This document shows positions 20,022-31,440 of a DNA stretch of 64,000 nt, in pieces. This DNA comes from an uncultured Chloroflexia bacterium (GTDB lineage Bacteria; Chloroflexota; Dehalococcoidia; SM23-28-2; RBG-16-64-32), in NCBI GenBank assembly GCA_963738925.1, contig CAVTYE010000002.1, positions 41,902-105,901 on the forward strand, written 5' to 3'. A program made the position numbers and the translations under genes. Numbering within the stretch: the stretch's first letter is position 1; every line of letters begins with the position of its first letter. The notes below the pieces were generated by a model. That model was not told where the DNA came from. It ran no database searches and was given only the letters and a program-made list of their open reading frames with translations.

Positions 20022-20473
20022 CCTTCGAACTCCGCGACGGCGACTACGCCGTCAGCACCGACCCTGCTCGCATCGACATCGCCTACGTCCACGCCTTTCT
20101 GACGGCGGCCTACTGGTCCAATGGTATCCCGCGCGAGCTCGTAGAGCGGGCCATCGCCAACTCGCTCCCGTTCGGGCTGTATGACAGCGGCGGCAAACAG
20201 ACCGGCTTCGCGCGGGTCATCAGCGACCTCGCGACTTACGCCTACATTGCCGACGTCTTTGTAGATGAGGCGCACCGAGGCCGGGGACTCGGCAAACTGC
20301 TGATGCGCGCCATCATGTCCCACCCGGACCTCCAGGGCCTGCGCCGCTGGTCGCTCGCCACGCGGGACGCCCACGGCCTCTACCGCCAGTCCGGCTTCAG
20401 CGCCCTGTCGCAGCCGGAGGTCTTCATGGAGATCGTCAACCGAGACGTCTACAAGGCCAACCCCCCGGCCTAG
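20018..20473 (+). CDS. GNAT family N-acetyltransferase
   Basis: GFARVISD, YIADVFVDEAHRGRGLGK, LATRDAHGLY. Confidence 0.9.
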   Translation: MTFELRDGDYAVSTDPARIDIAYVHAFLTAAYWSNGIPRELVERAIANSLPFGLYDSGGKQTGFARVISDLATYAYIADVFVDEAHRGRGLGKLLMRAIMSHPDLQGLRRWSLATRDAHGLYRQSGFSALSQPEVFMEIVNRDVYKANPPA

Positions 20474-20495
20474 CCAGGCGTTAAACTCGTTACCA

Positions 20496-22217
20496 ATGTC
20501 CAGGCCTACTGACGTCCCCTCTCGCATCGTCCTGACCGGCTTCTCCGGCACCGGAAAGAGCGCCGTCGGGCCGCTGCTCGCCGGCCGCCTCGGCTGGAAG
20601 TTCGTCGACACCGACGAAGTCATCGAGAAGCGCGCCGGCAAGCGTATCCTCGAGATCTTTCGCGACCAGGGCGAGGACGCCTTCCGCGAGCTGGAGACCA
20701 CCGCTATCGCTGAAGCCGTGTCCGCGGATAAGCTCGTGCTCTCCACCGGGGGCGGCGCAATCCTGCGAGCGGAGAACCGCCGCGCGCTGGCCAACGCCGG
20801 CTTCATCGTCTGCCTTGAGGCGCGGCCGGAGACGATCTTCCAGCGGCTCACGTCCCGCGCCGATGCCGAGCCGCTGGACCGCCCGCTCCTCGCCACCGCC
20901 GACCCCCTGGCCCGCATCCGCGAGCTGAAGAACGCTCGCCAGCAGCTCTACGCGCTCTGCGACTGGACCGTCCAGACCGACGGCCTCGCCCCCGAAGACG
21001 TGGCCGCCGAGATCGCGCGCGCCTACGAAGAGCGCGCGCCGTCAATCCTCTCTACGCCCGGACGAGTCGAAGCGATAGCAGATCCCAGCGCTGTGGCTCC
21101 GAAGGGGACGTTGCACGCCATCCCGGACGGCGCGGCCTGCATCGTCCGCACCTCCAGCCGCGAGTACCCCGTCTTCACCGGCTGGGGCAACCTGGGCGAG
21201 CTTGGTTCGCGGCTGCGCGCGGAGGGGCTCACGCGCTTCGCCTACGTGATCAGCGACGAGACCGTCTGGCACCATCTCGGCGACGAGGTCGAGCAGTCGC
21301 TGCGCTCAGCCGAGATCGATTTCGACGTCTTCACCGTGCCGCCGGGTGAGGCCAGCAAGTCACTGGAAAGCGCCTCCGAGATCTACGACTGGTTGATCGA
21401 GCACCGCGCCGAACGCGGGCACGCAGTAGTCGCCGTCGGCGGCGGCGTGGCGACCGATCTCGGCGGTTACGTCGCCGCGACATTTGCCCGCGGCCTGCCG
21501 CTGGTCCACGTCCCCACCAGCATGCTCGGCATGGTCGACGCCGCGATCGGTGGCAAGGTAGCCGTCAATCATCCGCAGGCCAAGAACATGATCGGCGTCT
21601 TCCACCAGCCCCGCTTCGTGCTGGAGGATGTCGCGACGCTGCGCACGCTGCCCGCTCGCGAGATCAAGTCCGGCCTCGCGGAGGCGATCAAGCACGGCCT
21701 CATCGAGGACCCCGCTTACCTGGACTTCCTGGAGGCGAACGCCGACGCCATCCTCAAGCTGGACCGCGAAGCCACCGTCGAGGCCGTGCGCCGCAGCGTC
21801 TGCATCAAGGCCGAGGTGGTCGGCGAGGACGAGTTCGAGACGACGGGCCGTCGCAGCACCCTGAACTACGGCCACACCCTGGCCCACGCCATCGAGTCGA
21901 CGACCGGCTACGCGCGCTTCCGCCACGGCGAGGCCGACGGCATCGGCATGATGGCCGCCGCCGAAATGAGCGTGCGGATGGGCCTCCTCTCGCCGGACGT
22001 CAGGGAACGCCAGCGCCGCATCCTGGATCGCTACGGCTTGCCCACCCACGCCGACGGCCTCGACCGCGGGCGCCTGCTGGCCGCCGTGGCCCTGGACAAG
22101 AAGGTGCAGGGCAAGAAGGTGCGCTGGGTGCTCCTGGAGGACGTCGGCCGCACCGTCATCCGCGATGACGTCCCGGCCGAAATCGTCGAAGCCGCCCTCG
22201 ACGAGGTCCTCCGCTAG
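20496..22217 (+). CDS. aroKB: Fused shikimate kinase / 3-dehydroquinate synthase
   Basis: N: GFSGTGKS, DTD, STGGG, RPLL; C: GEASKS, GGGVATDLGG, VDAAIGGK, LNYGHTLAHAIE, HGEA. Confidence 0.95.
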   Translation: MSRPTDVPSRIVLTGFSGTGKSAVGPLLAGRLGWKFVDTDEVIEKRAGKRILEIFRDQGEDAFRELETTAIAEAVSADKLVLSTGGGAILRAENRRALANAGFIVCLEARPETIFQRLTSRADAEPLDRPLLATADPLARIRELKNARQQLYALCDWTVQTDGLAPEDVAAEIARAYEERAPSILSTPGRVEAIADPSAVAPKGTLHAIPDGAACIVRTSSREYPVFTGWGNLGELGSRLRAEGLTRFAYVISDETVWHHLGDEVEQSLRSAEIDFDVFTVPPGEASKSLESASEIYDWLIEHRAERGHAVVAVGGGVATDLGGYVAATFARGLPLVHVPTSMLGMVDAAIGGKVAVNHPQAKNMIGVFHQPRFVLEDVATLRTLPAREIKSGLAEAIKHGLIEDPAYLDFLEANADAILKLDREATVEAVRRSVCIKAEVVGEDEFETTGRRSTLNYGHTLAHAIESTTGYARFRHGEADGIGMMAAAEMSVRMGLLSPDVRERQRRILDRYGLPTHADGLDRGRLLAAVALDKKVQGKKVRWVLLEDVGRTVIRDDVPAEIVEAALDEVLR

Positions 22218-22220
22218 CGA

Positions 22221-22508
22221 ATGCCGGGCGATCCCGCCGCCCTTCGAGCCGTCGTCCGCGGCCGCGTGCAGGGCGTCGGCTTTCGTGACTACGTCGAGAC
22301 CCGTGCCCGCTTTCTGCGCCTGGCCGGATACGTCCGCAACCTGCCGGACGGCCGCGCCGTCGAAGTTATCGCCGAGGGCCCGCGCGCTGCGCTGGAGCAG
22401 CTGCTGGAGCACGTGCGAGAGGGGCCTGCGATGTCCCGCGTAGACGCCGTGGACACCGAATGGGGCGAGCCGTCCGGTGAATATCGAGACTTCGGGACGG
22501 CGTTCTGA
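22221..22508 (+). CDS. acyP: Acylphosphatase
   Basis: GRVQGVGFR and GYVRNLPDGRAVEVIAEG. Confidence 0.93.
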   Translation: MPGDPAALRAVVRGRVQGVGFRDYVETRARFLRLAGYVRNLPDGRAVEVIAEGPRAALEQLLEHVREGPAMSRVDAVDTEWGEPSGEYRDFGTAF

Positions 22509-22564
22509 ATGACCGGTGCCGCGCTGCCCCATCCAGCGGCGGCCGCCCGGCGTACCATGATTTA

Positions 22565-24583
22565 GTGAACCTCACACATCGAAGCTCGTTGACCATCGCC
22601 TTCCGTCTGTTTCTGCCGTTGGCTCTCCTGGTTGCCGTGGCGGCTGCCTGCGGCGGCTCCGGCAACGACTCGCTCGTCACTCCCACCAGCAGCGGCGATA
22701 GCGGACTCGCCGCGCCGGACTTCCCCGCCGGGCAGACCTGGTTCAACGTCAGCCAGCCGCTCACGATCGGCGACCTGCGGGGCAAGGTCGTCGTCCTGGA
22801 CTTCTGGACGCTCGGCTGCATCAACTGCCAGCACATCGTCCCGGACCTCGACCACCTGGAATCAGAGTTCGGCGACGCCCTTGTCGTCATCGGCGTCCAC
22901 TCCGGCAAGTACGACCGCGAGCACGCCGACGACAGCGTCCGCGAGGCGATCCTCCGCCTCGGCATCGATCATCCCGTCGTCAACGATCCCGACTTCGTGA
23001 TCTGGTCCTCCTACCACGCCAACGCCTGGCCCACCATCGTCGTCGTTGACCCGGACGGCCAGATCGTCGGCGCGCACTCCGGTGAGGGCGTGTACGACGC
23101 CGTCGAGCCCCCCATCAAGCAGCTCGTCTCCGATTTCGACGCCGAGGGCAAGATCGACCGCACGCCGATCCCGATCGACCTGGAGGCCGCCCCAATCGCC
23201 GCCGATCTCCTCAAGTTCCCCGGCGCGGTCCTGGCCGACGAGGCCGGCGGCCGCCTCTTCATCGCCGACTCCGACAACAACCGCATCCTTATCTCCGACA
23301 TGAGCGGCGCCCTTCAGCAGGCTATCGGCAGCGGCACGCGCGGGCTGAAGGACGGCGCCTCCGACGTGGCCGAGTTCAACCAGCCGCAGGGCCTGGCGCT
23401 CTCCGCCGATGGCAACGTCCTCTACGTCGCGGACACCCGCAACCACGCGATCCGCCACGTTGACCTCTCCACCGGCGCCGTGACGACCCTGGCCGGCGAT
23501 GGTCAGCGGGCGCAGACCGTCCCCGTCTCAGCCGCCGACGCCAAAGTCACCAGCCTGGCCTCGCCCTGGGGGCTGCAGCTGATCGGCGACACCATCTACA
23601 TCGGCATGGCCGGGACGCATCAGATCTGGACCCTGGACCTGGTCGCCCACACGATCGTGGTGGCCGCCGGCTCCGGTAAGGAGGGCATCGACGACGGCGC
23701 GCCCGGCGAGACCTCGCTCGCCCAGCCCAGCGGCGTTACCACCGATGGCGCGAACCTCTACTGGGTCGATCCCGAGTCCAGCTCCGTCCGCACCTTCCCG
23801 CTCCCCGGCGGCGACGTCAGGACGATCGTCGGCACCGGCCTCTTCGACTTCGGCGACGTCGACGGCCTGCCGGGCACCGCCAAGCTCCAGCACGCCCAGG
23901 GCATCGCCTTCGCGAACCGCACTCTCTACGTCGCCGACACCTACAACCACAAGATCCGCACCGTGGACCCAACCACCGGCGAAGTGACCACCGTCGCCGG
24001 CACCGGCAGCCCTGGCGACGCCGACGGTCTGGGCACAGCCGCCGTCTTCGACGAGCCGGGCGGCATCTCCGCCGCAGGCGGCAAGCTCTACATCGCCGAT
24101 ACCAACAACAATGCCATCCGCGTCATGGACATCGCTACCGGCGAAGTCACCACGCTGCAGCTGAGCAACCTGGCGGTCGCGGTGAACGGGCTGAACAGCC
24201 GCACCCTCAAGCTGTCGCTACCGCCGCAAACGATCAACCCATCGACGGCGACCCTGCGGCTGCATCTGACGGTGCCGGACGGCTACCAGCTGAACGACCT
24301 CGCGTCCTCGATGCTCGCGCTCAGCACGTCGAACTCCGACGCGTTCGCGCCCGGTCAGTCCGAAGTCTCCTTCTCCACCGCCGAGACCTCTGTCGAGGTG
24401 AGCGTCCCGGTGACCGTCAACGAAGGCCAGGCGATAGTCAGCGCGGCCGGTGACGTCTACTACTGCCGCGAAAACGAGAACGCCATCTGCCTCGTCGATC
24501 AGCTTGACATAGCGCTGCCCGTCACAGTTTCCGGAGACGCCCCCGAAGGCGACGCCGTCATGGACTACGAGTTGCCGCAGTAG
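22565..24583 (+). CDS. Thioredoxin-like + NHL-repeat lipoprotein (NHLRC2-like)
   Basis: Lipobox AAACG; LDFWTLGCINC, IGVHSGK, AWPT; repeated LYVADTxNH NHL blades. Confidence 0.88.
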   Translation: MNLTHRSSLTIAFRLFLPLALLVAVAAACGGSGNDSLVTPTSSGDSGLAAPDFPAGQTWFNVSQPLTIGDLRGKVVVLDFWTLGCINCQHIVPDLDHLESEFGDALVVIGVHSGKYDREHADDSVREAILRLGIDHPVVNDPDFVIWSSYHANAWPTIVVVDPDGQIVGAHSGEGVYDAVEPPIKQLVSDFDAEGKIDRTPIPIDLEAAPIAADLLKFPGAVLADEAGGRLFIADSDNNRILISDMSGALQQAIGSGTRGLKDGASDVAEFNQPQGLALSADGNVLYVADTRNHAIRHVDLSTGAVTTLAGDGQRAQTVPVSAADAKVTSLASPWGLQLIGDTIYIGMAGTHQIWTLDLVAHTIVVAAGSGKEGIDDGAPGETSLAQPSGVTTDGANLYWVDPESSSVRTFPLPGGDVRTIVGTGLFDFGDVDGLPGTAKLQHAQGIAFANRTLYVADTYNHKIRTVDPTTGEVTTVAGTGSPGDADGLGTAAVFDEPGGISAAGGKLYIADTNNNAIRVMDIATGEVTTLQLSNLAVAVNGLNSRTLKLSLPPQTINPSTATLRLHLTVPDGYQLNDLASSMLALSTSNSDAFAPGQSEVSFSTAETSVEVSVPVTVNEGQAIVSAAGDVYYCRENENAICLVDQLDIALPVTVSGDAPEGDAVMDYELPQ

Positions 24584-24688
24584 CGGGCACGCGACATAAC
24601 GCCCGGCCGATAACCGCATCTGTAGCTACTTAATGTGTAACCAATCGCGCCCCGGCCCGTCGATAGTTTCAGAAAGGTTGAGCTATCG

Positions 24689-25573
24689 ATGTTTAGACTG
24701 GGCCGAATATTCCTCTCGGCGGCTGCCGGATTGCTCCTGCCGCTCGCCATCGTCGCCTCCGTGTCGGCGCGCACCCACACCGTTGAACCCGGCGACTCCC
24801 TGACCTACATCGCCAACCTCTACAACGTGGCGGTCGATGAGCTCGTCCAGCTCAACCACATCGCCAACCCGGACCTCATTTTCAGCGGCGAACCGCTGGA
24901 GGTCCCCGGCGAAGGCGGCCCCGGGCCCGACCCCGCGCCGGCCGTCGCCGACTCCGGCCAGACCTACACAATCCAGACCGGCGACACCCTCAGCGCCATC
25001 GCCGACAACTACGGCGTCTCTGTCAGTGACCTGGCCCAGATCAACGGCCTCGACGATCCCTCGTTCATCGTCGAAGGCCACACCCTGATCATCCCCGGTC
25101 CTCCGCCTGCTCCCGCGCCGGACGCTGTCGCCTACGTGCCGCCCCCGCTGCAGTTCCCGCCGATGCCCTACGATCCAGACATCGAGGCGATCATCGATGA
25201 GATGTCCTGGGCTTACGGCGTCGACCCCAACCTGGTGAAAGCGCTCGCCACCATCGAAAGCGGCTGGTACCAGGGCGCCGTCAGCTATACCTACGCGAGC
25301 GGCGTCATGCAGATCATGCCCGGCACCGCGGAGTACCTGCAGGACTACGTCTTCGGCTACTACCTGGACTACCAGGACAGCGCCTACGACAACATCAAGA
25401 TGGGCGTGAAGTACCTGCAGGTCCTGCTGGACTCCACCGGCGGCGACGAGCACCTGGCCGTCGCCTCCTACTACCAGGGCCTCTCACCCACGCAGGCCGG
25501 CGTCTTCTATCCAGACACCACCGATTACGTGAACATGATCTTCCGCGTCCGCGACGCCTACTGGCCGGAGTAG
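24689..25573 (+). CDS. Secreted 2xLysM + lytic transglycosylase (SLT) protein
   Basis: Signal peptide; HTVEPGDSL..IA and YTIQTGDTLSAIA LysMs; ALATIESG, GVMQIMPGTA, NIKMGVKYL, AVASYYQG. Confidence 0.9.
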   Translation: MFRLGRIFLSAAAGLLLPLAIVASVSARTHTVEPGDSLTYIANLYNVAVDELVQLNHIANPDLIFSGEPLEVPGEGGPGPDPAPAVADSGQTYTIQTGDTLSAIADNYGVSVSDLAQINGLDDPSFIVEGHTLIIPGPPPAPAPDAVAYVPPPLQFPPMPYDPDIEAIIDEMSWAYGVDPNLVKALATIESGWYQGAVSYTYASGVMQIMPGTAEYLQDYVFGYYLDYQDSAYDNIKMGVKYLQVLLDSTGGDEHLAVASYYQGLSPTQAGVFYPDTTDYVNMIFRVRDAYWPE

Positions 25574-25574
25574 C

Positions 25575-26159
25575 TCACGCCTGGGGCTGTGCGGCCCCGC
25601 CGATTCCCAGCGTCCCGGCCACCGGCTTCAGCGCCTCGATCACGAAGGCGATATGCTCGTCCAGGTCCACGCCCAGCACCTCCGCGCCGTCCGTGATGTC
25701 CTCCCGCCGCACCGCCCGCGCGAACCCCTTGTCCTTCATCTTCTTGCGGACCGATCGCACATCCACCTCATCAATCGACTTGTTCGGCTTCACCAGCGCC
25801 ACTGCCGTGATGAACCCGGCCAGCTCGTCCACGGCAAAGATCGCGCGGTCCATGTTGTTCTCGCGAACGACGCCCAGGTCCTCCAGGTAGAAGGCGTGGC
25901 AGAGCACGGCGTGCACGATCTCCTCCGGCACGCCCTTCTCCCGCAGGATCGGTGCGCCCTTCTTCGGGTGCTCCTCGGCGTTGGGGTGCATCTCATAGTC
26001 GAAGTCGTGCAACAGCCCGACGATTCCCCACATCTCCTCGTCCTCCCCGAACTTGCGGGCGTAGGCTTGCATCGCCGCCTCCACCGCCAGGCCGTGCTTG
26101 CGCAGCGCCTCGCCCTTCGTGTACTCGCAGAGGATCTCCCAGGCTTCGTCTCGGTTCAT
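25575..26159 (-). CDS. HD-domain (HDIG) putative hydrolase
   Basis: LRKHGLAVEAAM, GLLHDFDYE, AVDELAGFITA, KKMKDKGFARAV. Confidence 0.9.
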   Translation of the reverse strand: MNRDEAWEILCEYTKGEALRKHGLAVEAAMQAYARKFGEDEEMWGIVGLLHDFDYEMHPNAEEHPKKGAPILREKGVPEEIVHAVLCHAFYLEDLGVVRENNMDRAIFAVDELAGFITAVALVKPNKSIDEVDVRSVRKKMKDKGFARAVRREDITDGAEVLGVDLDEHIAFVIEALKPVAGTLGIGGAAQPQA

Positions 26160-26270
26160 ACGGCACCTCCAACGCCAAGTTAGCCACAGACCGGACGGGG
26201 GATGTCAACTGTATCCAGAGTGATTGTGGCGTATCATGTGGCGTCAACGCAGCGAAACGAGGAGGACGTC

Positions 26271-27020
26271 ATGCCGGACAACACCGTCGATGTCAACGGA
26301 CTGAGCACGTACTACCGGGAGTGGGGCCAAGGCGACCCGCTCTTGTTGTTACACGGGGGTTTCGGCAGCGGCGAAGACATGCAGCCTATTGGGCGCGAGG
26401 TGGCGAAGCACTTTCGCGTCATCGCGCCGGACCGCCGCGGCCACGGGCGCACGCCGGACGTTGAAGGCCCGATCACCTACGAGAACATGGCGGCAGATAC
26501 TATCGCCTTCATGGAGGCGATGAAACTGACCAAGGCCCACCTGGTCGGCTACAGCGATGGCGGCATCCTCTGCCTCTTGATTGCGCTGCAGAGGCCGGAC
26601 TTGATATCCCGTATGGTGCCGCTCTCAGCTAACTTCCACCACGATGGCATAGCACCGCAGACGAAGGTGATGCTCGGCTCCATCACGCCCGACGTCCTGA
26701 AGATGATGCTGCCGGAGCCGGTGGCTTACTACGAGCAGAACAGCCCAGATGGCGCCGAACACTGGCCTGAGGTGTTCGAGAAGATCAAGCACATGATCAT
26801 GACGGAGCCGGAGCTGAAGGCAGAAGACCTTTCGAAGATCAACGTGCCAACACTCATCATCGGCGCCGACCGTGACTTGATGACCATCGAGCATACCGTC
26901 GCGATCTTCGAAGCGATCCCAAACGCCCAGCTTTGTATCGTGCCCGGGGCAACGCACGCACTGGCCGAAGAGCGTGCGGAGGACGTCAGCCGGGCCGCTC
27001 TACGCTTCCTCCTCGCCTAG
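26271..27020 (+). CDS. Alpha/beta hydrolase
   Basis: LLHGGF, PDRRGHGRT, GYSDGG nucleophile elbow, GATH; GGAGG RBS. Confidence 0.9.
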   Translation: MPDNTVDVNGLSTYYREWGQGDPLLLLHGGFGSGEDMQPIGREVAKHFRVIAPDRRGHGRTPDVEGPITYENMAADTIAFMEAMKLTKAHLVGYSDGGILCLLIALQRPDLISRMVPLSANFHHDGIAPQTKVMLGSITPDVLKMMLPEPVAYYEQNSPDGAEHWPEVFEKIKHMIMTEPELKAEDLSKINVPTLIIGADRDLMTIEHTVAIFEAIPNAQLCIVPGATHALAEERAEDVSRAALRFLLA

Positions 27021-27125
27021 CCCACACGTCTGATAGCAAAACACCAGATATTCGCATAACGTGTCGCATTTCCGAGCGTCTGTACCTGCGGTACCATAGG
27101 CGTACACGTAAAAGAGGTGAAGAAC

Positions 27126-27976
27126 ATGCCGAAATCGATCTGGAACGGAGTCATCAGCTTCGGGATGGTCAGCATCCCCGTGAAGCTCTACACGGCCACC
27201 GAAGACAAGGACATCAGTTTCAACCTCCTCCACAAGGAGTGCGGCAGCCGCCTCAAGCAGCTCCGCTGGTGCCCCGTCCACGAACGCGCCGTGGAGTGGA
27301 GCGAGATCGCCCGCGGCTACGAATACGCCAAGGACGAGTACGTCGTCATGGAAGACTCTGACTTCGAAAAGCTGCCACTTCCCAGCAAGCGCACCGTCGA
27401 GCTTTCGGCTTTCGTGGAGGCCCAGCAGATCGACCCGATCTACTACCAGCGCACCTACTACCTTGAGCCGGAGGAGAAGGGCATCAAGCCCTACGCGTTG
27501 CTCCTCCGCGCGCTCAAAGAGAAGCAGCTCACCGGCATCGCCAAGATCGCCATCCGCAACAAGGAGCAGCTCTGCGCCCTGCGGCCGATGGACGGCGCCC
27601 TCGTGCTCGAGACGCTATTCTACCCGGACGAGATCCGCGAGGTGCCCAGCGAGTTGCCGGAGACCAAGGTCTCCAACGTCGAGCTGAACATGGCCGAGGC
27701 GCTGATCGACCTGTTGAAGGCCGAGTTCGAGCCGGAGAACTACCAGGACGAGTACCGCGAGGCGCTCAAGCAGGTGATCGATGCCAAGCTGGAGGGCGAG
27801 GAGATCTCCGCGCCGAAGGCTGCCAGGCCGGCCAAGATTACAGACCTGATGACCGCCCTCAAGGCCAGCGTGGAAGCCGCGAAGAAGGGCCAGAACGGCA
27901 AGAAGGGCCGCGCCGCGCCGCCGAGCCCGAGGACGAGGTCACGCCGCGCCGCCGCAAGAAGGCCGCGGCCGGTTAG
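27126..27976 (+). CDS. ku: NHEJ DNA end-binding protein Ku (probable indel ~27915; uncorrected ORF ends 28013)
   Basis: IWNGVISFGMVSIPVKLY, IARGYE, IDPIYY, YALL, DLMTALKAS; shifted frame gives basic tail TPRRRKKAAAG-stop. Confidence 0.93.
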
Positions 27977-27990
27977 CCGCGACTTGCGAA

Positions 27991-28461
27991 CTACCTCGAG
28001 GAGGTCTTCTTAGCCGATGCCGGGCGCCGCTTGCGACCGTTGGCGCTGCGGCCGTTGTGGCTGGCGGTGGCACGCTTCGTGGTTGACGGCTCGCCGTCGC
28101 CTGATCCGCCGTCTTTCGCTACGCGCTCAAAGTGCTTCTTCAGCACCTTCAGCTCTTCCTCGCTGTAGTCCTCGGCGGTGGTCAGCTTGTTGCGCGCGCC
28201 AATCGTGTGCACGATCAGCTCATCCAGCTTGGCGTGCAGCGCCGTGTTGTCGCGGTTCTGCGTGTTCTGGATCAGGAACACCATCAGGAACGTCACGATC
28301 GTCGTGCCCGTGTTGATGATCAGCTGCCAGGTGTCGGAGAAGCCGAACACCGGCCCCGTGACCGACCAGGCCAGGATCACGACGATCGCCAGGGCGAAGG
28401 CGTAGACGGACCCGGCGATCAGCGAGACCTTCGTCGAAAACTTGCGGAACAGCTCTTGCAT
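27991..28461 (-). CDS. Low-affinity iron permease (Fet4-like) family protein
   Basis: GPVFGFSDTWQLIINTGTTIVTFLMVFLIQNTQNRD..ALHAKLDELI; AGGAG RBS. Confidence 0.9.
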   Translation of the reverse strand: MQELFRKFSTKVSLIAGSVYAFALAIVVILAWSVTGPVFGFSDTWQLIINTGTTIVTFLMVFLIQNTQNRDNTALHAKLDELIVHTIGARNKLTTAEDYSEEELKVLKKHFERVAKDGGSGDGEPSTTKRATASHNGRSANGRKRRPASAKKTSSR

Positions 28462-28613
28462 GTCACTCCTTGCGTGCGGGAAATCTGTACCTATTCTGTC
28501 TGGGACCCGGGCAATCCGGGGCATGCACGCAAAGGGGCTTCTCATTGCAGTTCCGTAGCGGACGGCCTCCGAGGCCTGCAAGCGCCTCCTAACGCGCGAT
28601 AATGGGATGCACG

Positions 28614-31440
28614 ATGCCGACAAACAGGAAGGCCGCGCCGCGGAGCCTGGAGAAGTACCGCGAAAAGCGCGACTTCAAGAAGACCGCCGAGCCGCCGCCT
28701 CACGCGCCTTCAATGCACGAGGGGCGGCTGATGTTCGTCGTCCAGAAACACGCCGCATCACAGCTCCACTACGACTTCCGCCTGGAGTTCGAAGGCGTCC
28801 TCAAGTCCTGGCCGATCCCGAAGGGCCCCTCCCTCGATCCCAGGGACAAGCGGCTCGCCGTCATGGTGGAGGACCACCCGCTGGACTACGCCTCCTTTGA
28901 AGGCGTCATCCCCAAGGGCGAGTACGGCGCCGGCCAGGTCATCGTCTGGGACGCCGGGACCTACTCCCCGGACGAAGAGGGCGTCTACTCCTGGGACGAC
29001 CGCGCCGAGGCCGACCGCCGCATGCAGGAAGGCCTGGCAGCCGGCAAGATCTCCATCTACCTGCAGGGCCAGAAGCTCAAGGGCTCGTTCACGCTGGTCA
29101 AGCTGGCCAACAGCGAGACCGGCAAGGACTGGCTCTTCATCAAGCACAAGGACGGCTTCGTCGACACCGAACGCGACGTCACCGCCGAAGACCGCTCGAT
29201 CATCTCCGGTCTCAGCATCGCCGACATCAAGGCCGGCCACCTCCCCGACCGCGCCCACCAGCGCCTCATCGTCCACCCGGAGGACGCGCGCGGGGCCAGG
29301 CGCGCGCCCTTCCCGAAATCGCTGGAGCCGATGCAGGGTACGCTCAGCGACGCGCCCTTCTCCTCCCCGGACTGGTACTACGAACCGAAGATGGACGGCG
29401 TCCGCGCCATCGTCTTCATCAACGGCGACCGCGTGCGGATCATCTCCCGCAGCGGCCTCGACGCCACCCGCCAGTACCCGACCATCGCCGCCGAGATGGC
29501 CGCGCAGACCGAGCGGCGCCTCGTCCTCGACGGCGAGATTGTGGCCCTTAACGAAAAGGGCGTCCCCTCATTCCAGACCATCCAGCAGCGCCTCAACCTG
29601 GCCCGCGACGCCGACATCCGCAAGATGGACGAACAGATTCCCGTCTACTTCTACGGCTTCGACATCCTCTACGCCGGCGGCTACGACCTGCGCGGCGCTC
29701 CGCTCAGCGACCGCAAGGCGCTGCTCAAGCAGCTCCTCGTCCCGACCGACTACATCCACCTGCTAGAGCACTTCGAAGAGGACGGCGTCGCCGCCTACGA
29801 AGGCGCTATCGCCGCCGGCCTCGAAGGCGTCATGGCCAAAAAGCGCGACAGCGTCTACGAGTCCGGCCGCCGCTCAAGGGCCTGGCTGAAACTCAAGGGC
29901 ACGCTGGAGGACGAGTTCGTCATCGGCGGCTACACCGGCGGCACCGGCGGCCGCGCGAAGACCTTCGGGTCGCTCCTCGTCGGCCAGTACGAAGACGGCA
30001 AGCTCGTCTACTCCGGCAACGTCGGCACCGGCTTCGACGAGAAGACGCTGGCCAAGCTGCTGAAACAGCTGGAGGCGCTCGCAGACCGACAAGTCGCCGT
30101 TCGACGTGATGACCCCCGGCGGCTCCCGCTTCGGCCGGCCCAAGGATGTCCCGATCACCTGGACCCGGCCGGAGCTCGTGGCCCGCGTCAAGTTCGCCGA
30201 GTGGACGAACGATGGCCACCTCCGCGCCCCCAGCTACCTGGGCCTGCGCGACGACAAGCCGCCCCGCGAAGTCCACCGCGAGACCGTCGTCTCGCCACCC
30301 GCGGCCGAACCACCGGTGAAGCGCGGCAAGCCCGCGAAATCGCGCAAGGCAATCGCCCCCGTTGATGACCCCGTCGTCGGCGACGTGCTCGAGCAGCTGG
30401 CACAGAAGTCCGAGAAGTTCGTGCTGAAAGTCGGCGGCGTCAGCGTCCCGCTCAGCAACCTGGACAAGCCGCTCTGGCCGCAGTGGGAGAAGACCCGCCC
30501 GCTCACCAAGCGCGATCTCCTCGTCTACTTCGCGCGGGTCTCGCCGTACCTCCTGCCACATCTCCACGGCCGTCCGATCACGCTGACCCGCTACCCCAAC
30601 GGGATCGAGGCCAAGCACTTCTACCAGAAGCACTGGGAGAGCAAGCTGCCGCCCTTCGTCGATCCCGTCACCGTCTGGTCGGAGCAGTTCCACAAGGACC
30701 AGGAGTACCTCCTTTGCAACAACCTGCCGACGCTCCTCTGGCTGGGCCAGCTCGCCGACATCGAGCTGCACACCTGGTACTCGCGCGTCGACACCGAGCC
30801 CGATGGCGCGAAGCTCCCGCTCTACGAAGGCGGCGGCGAAGATGAGTTCGAGCGCTCGCGGCTGAACTTCCCTGACTTCATCGTCTTCGACCTCGATCCC
30901 TACATCTACTCCGGCGACGAGAAGAAGGGCGCCGAGCCGGAGCTGAACCGCCGCGCCTTCCTCAAGACCTGCGACGTCGCTTTCTGGCTGAAGGACCTGC
31001 TCGACTCGCTGTCACTGTCCTCCTTCGTCAAGACCACCGGCAAGACCGGCCTCCACATCTACGTCCCGATCGTCCGCCACTTCGACTACGACGCCGTCCG
31101 CTCAGCGGCAGAGACCGTCGGCCGTTTCCTGGTCCGCGCCCATCCCAGGGACATCACGATGGAGTGGAGCGTCCCCAAGCGCGCCGGCAAGATCTTTTTC
31201 GATCACAACCAGAACGTGAAGGGCAAGACCCTGGCCTCGCTCTACTCGCCGCGGCCTGTCGGCTGGGCCGGCGTCTCCATGCCCCTGCGCTGGGACGAGG
31301 TGCGGGACATCTACCCGACCCAGTTCACGATCCAGAACGCCTGCGACCGGCTTGCCGAGACCGGCGACCTCTGGCAGAACATCCTGGCCGAAAAGCACGA
31401 CCTGGCCTCCATGTTAGAGGCCGTCGCCGCCGACACGTAG
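28614..31440 (+). CDS. ligD: DNA ligase D, phosphoesterase-ligase-polymerase order (indel ~30083)
   Basis: PE: FVVQKHAASQLHYDFRLE; LIG: EPKMDGVR, EGVMAK, WLKLK; POL: VFDLDP, KTTGKTGLH, FFDHNQN. Confidence 0.95.

Noticed and set aside
20496-22217. AroK-AroB fusion as a novelty
   Set aside because: This fusion is already known in several bacterial lineages
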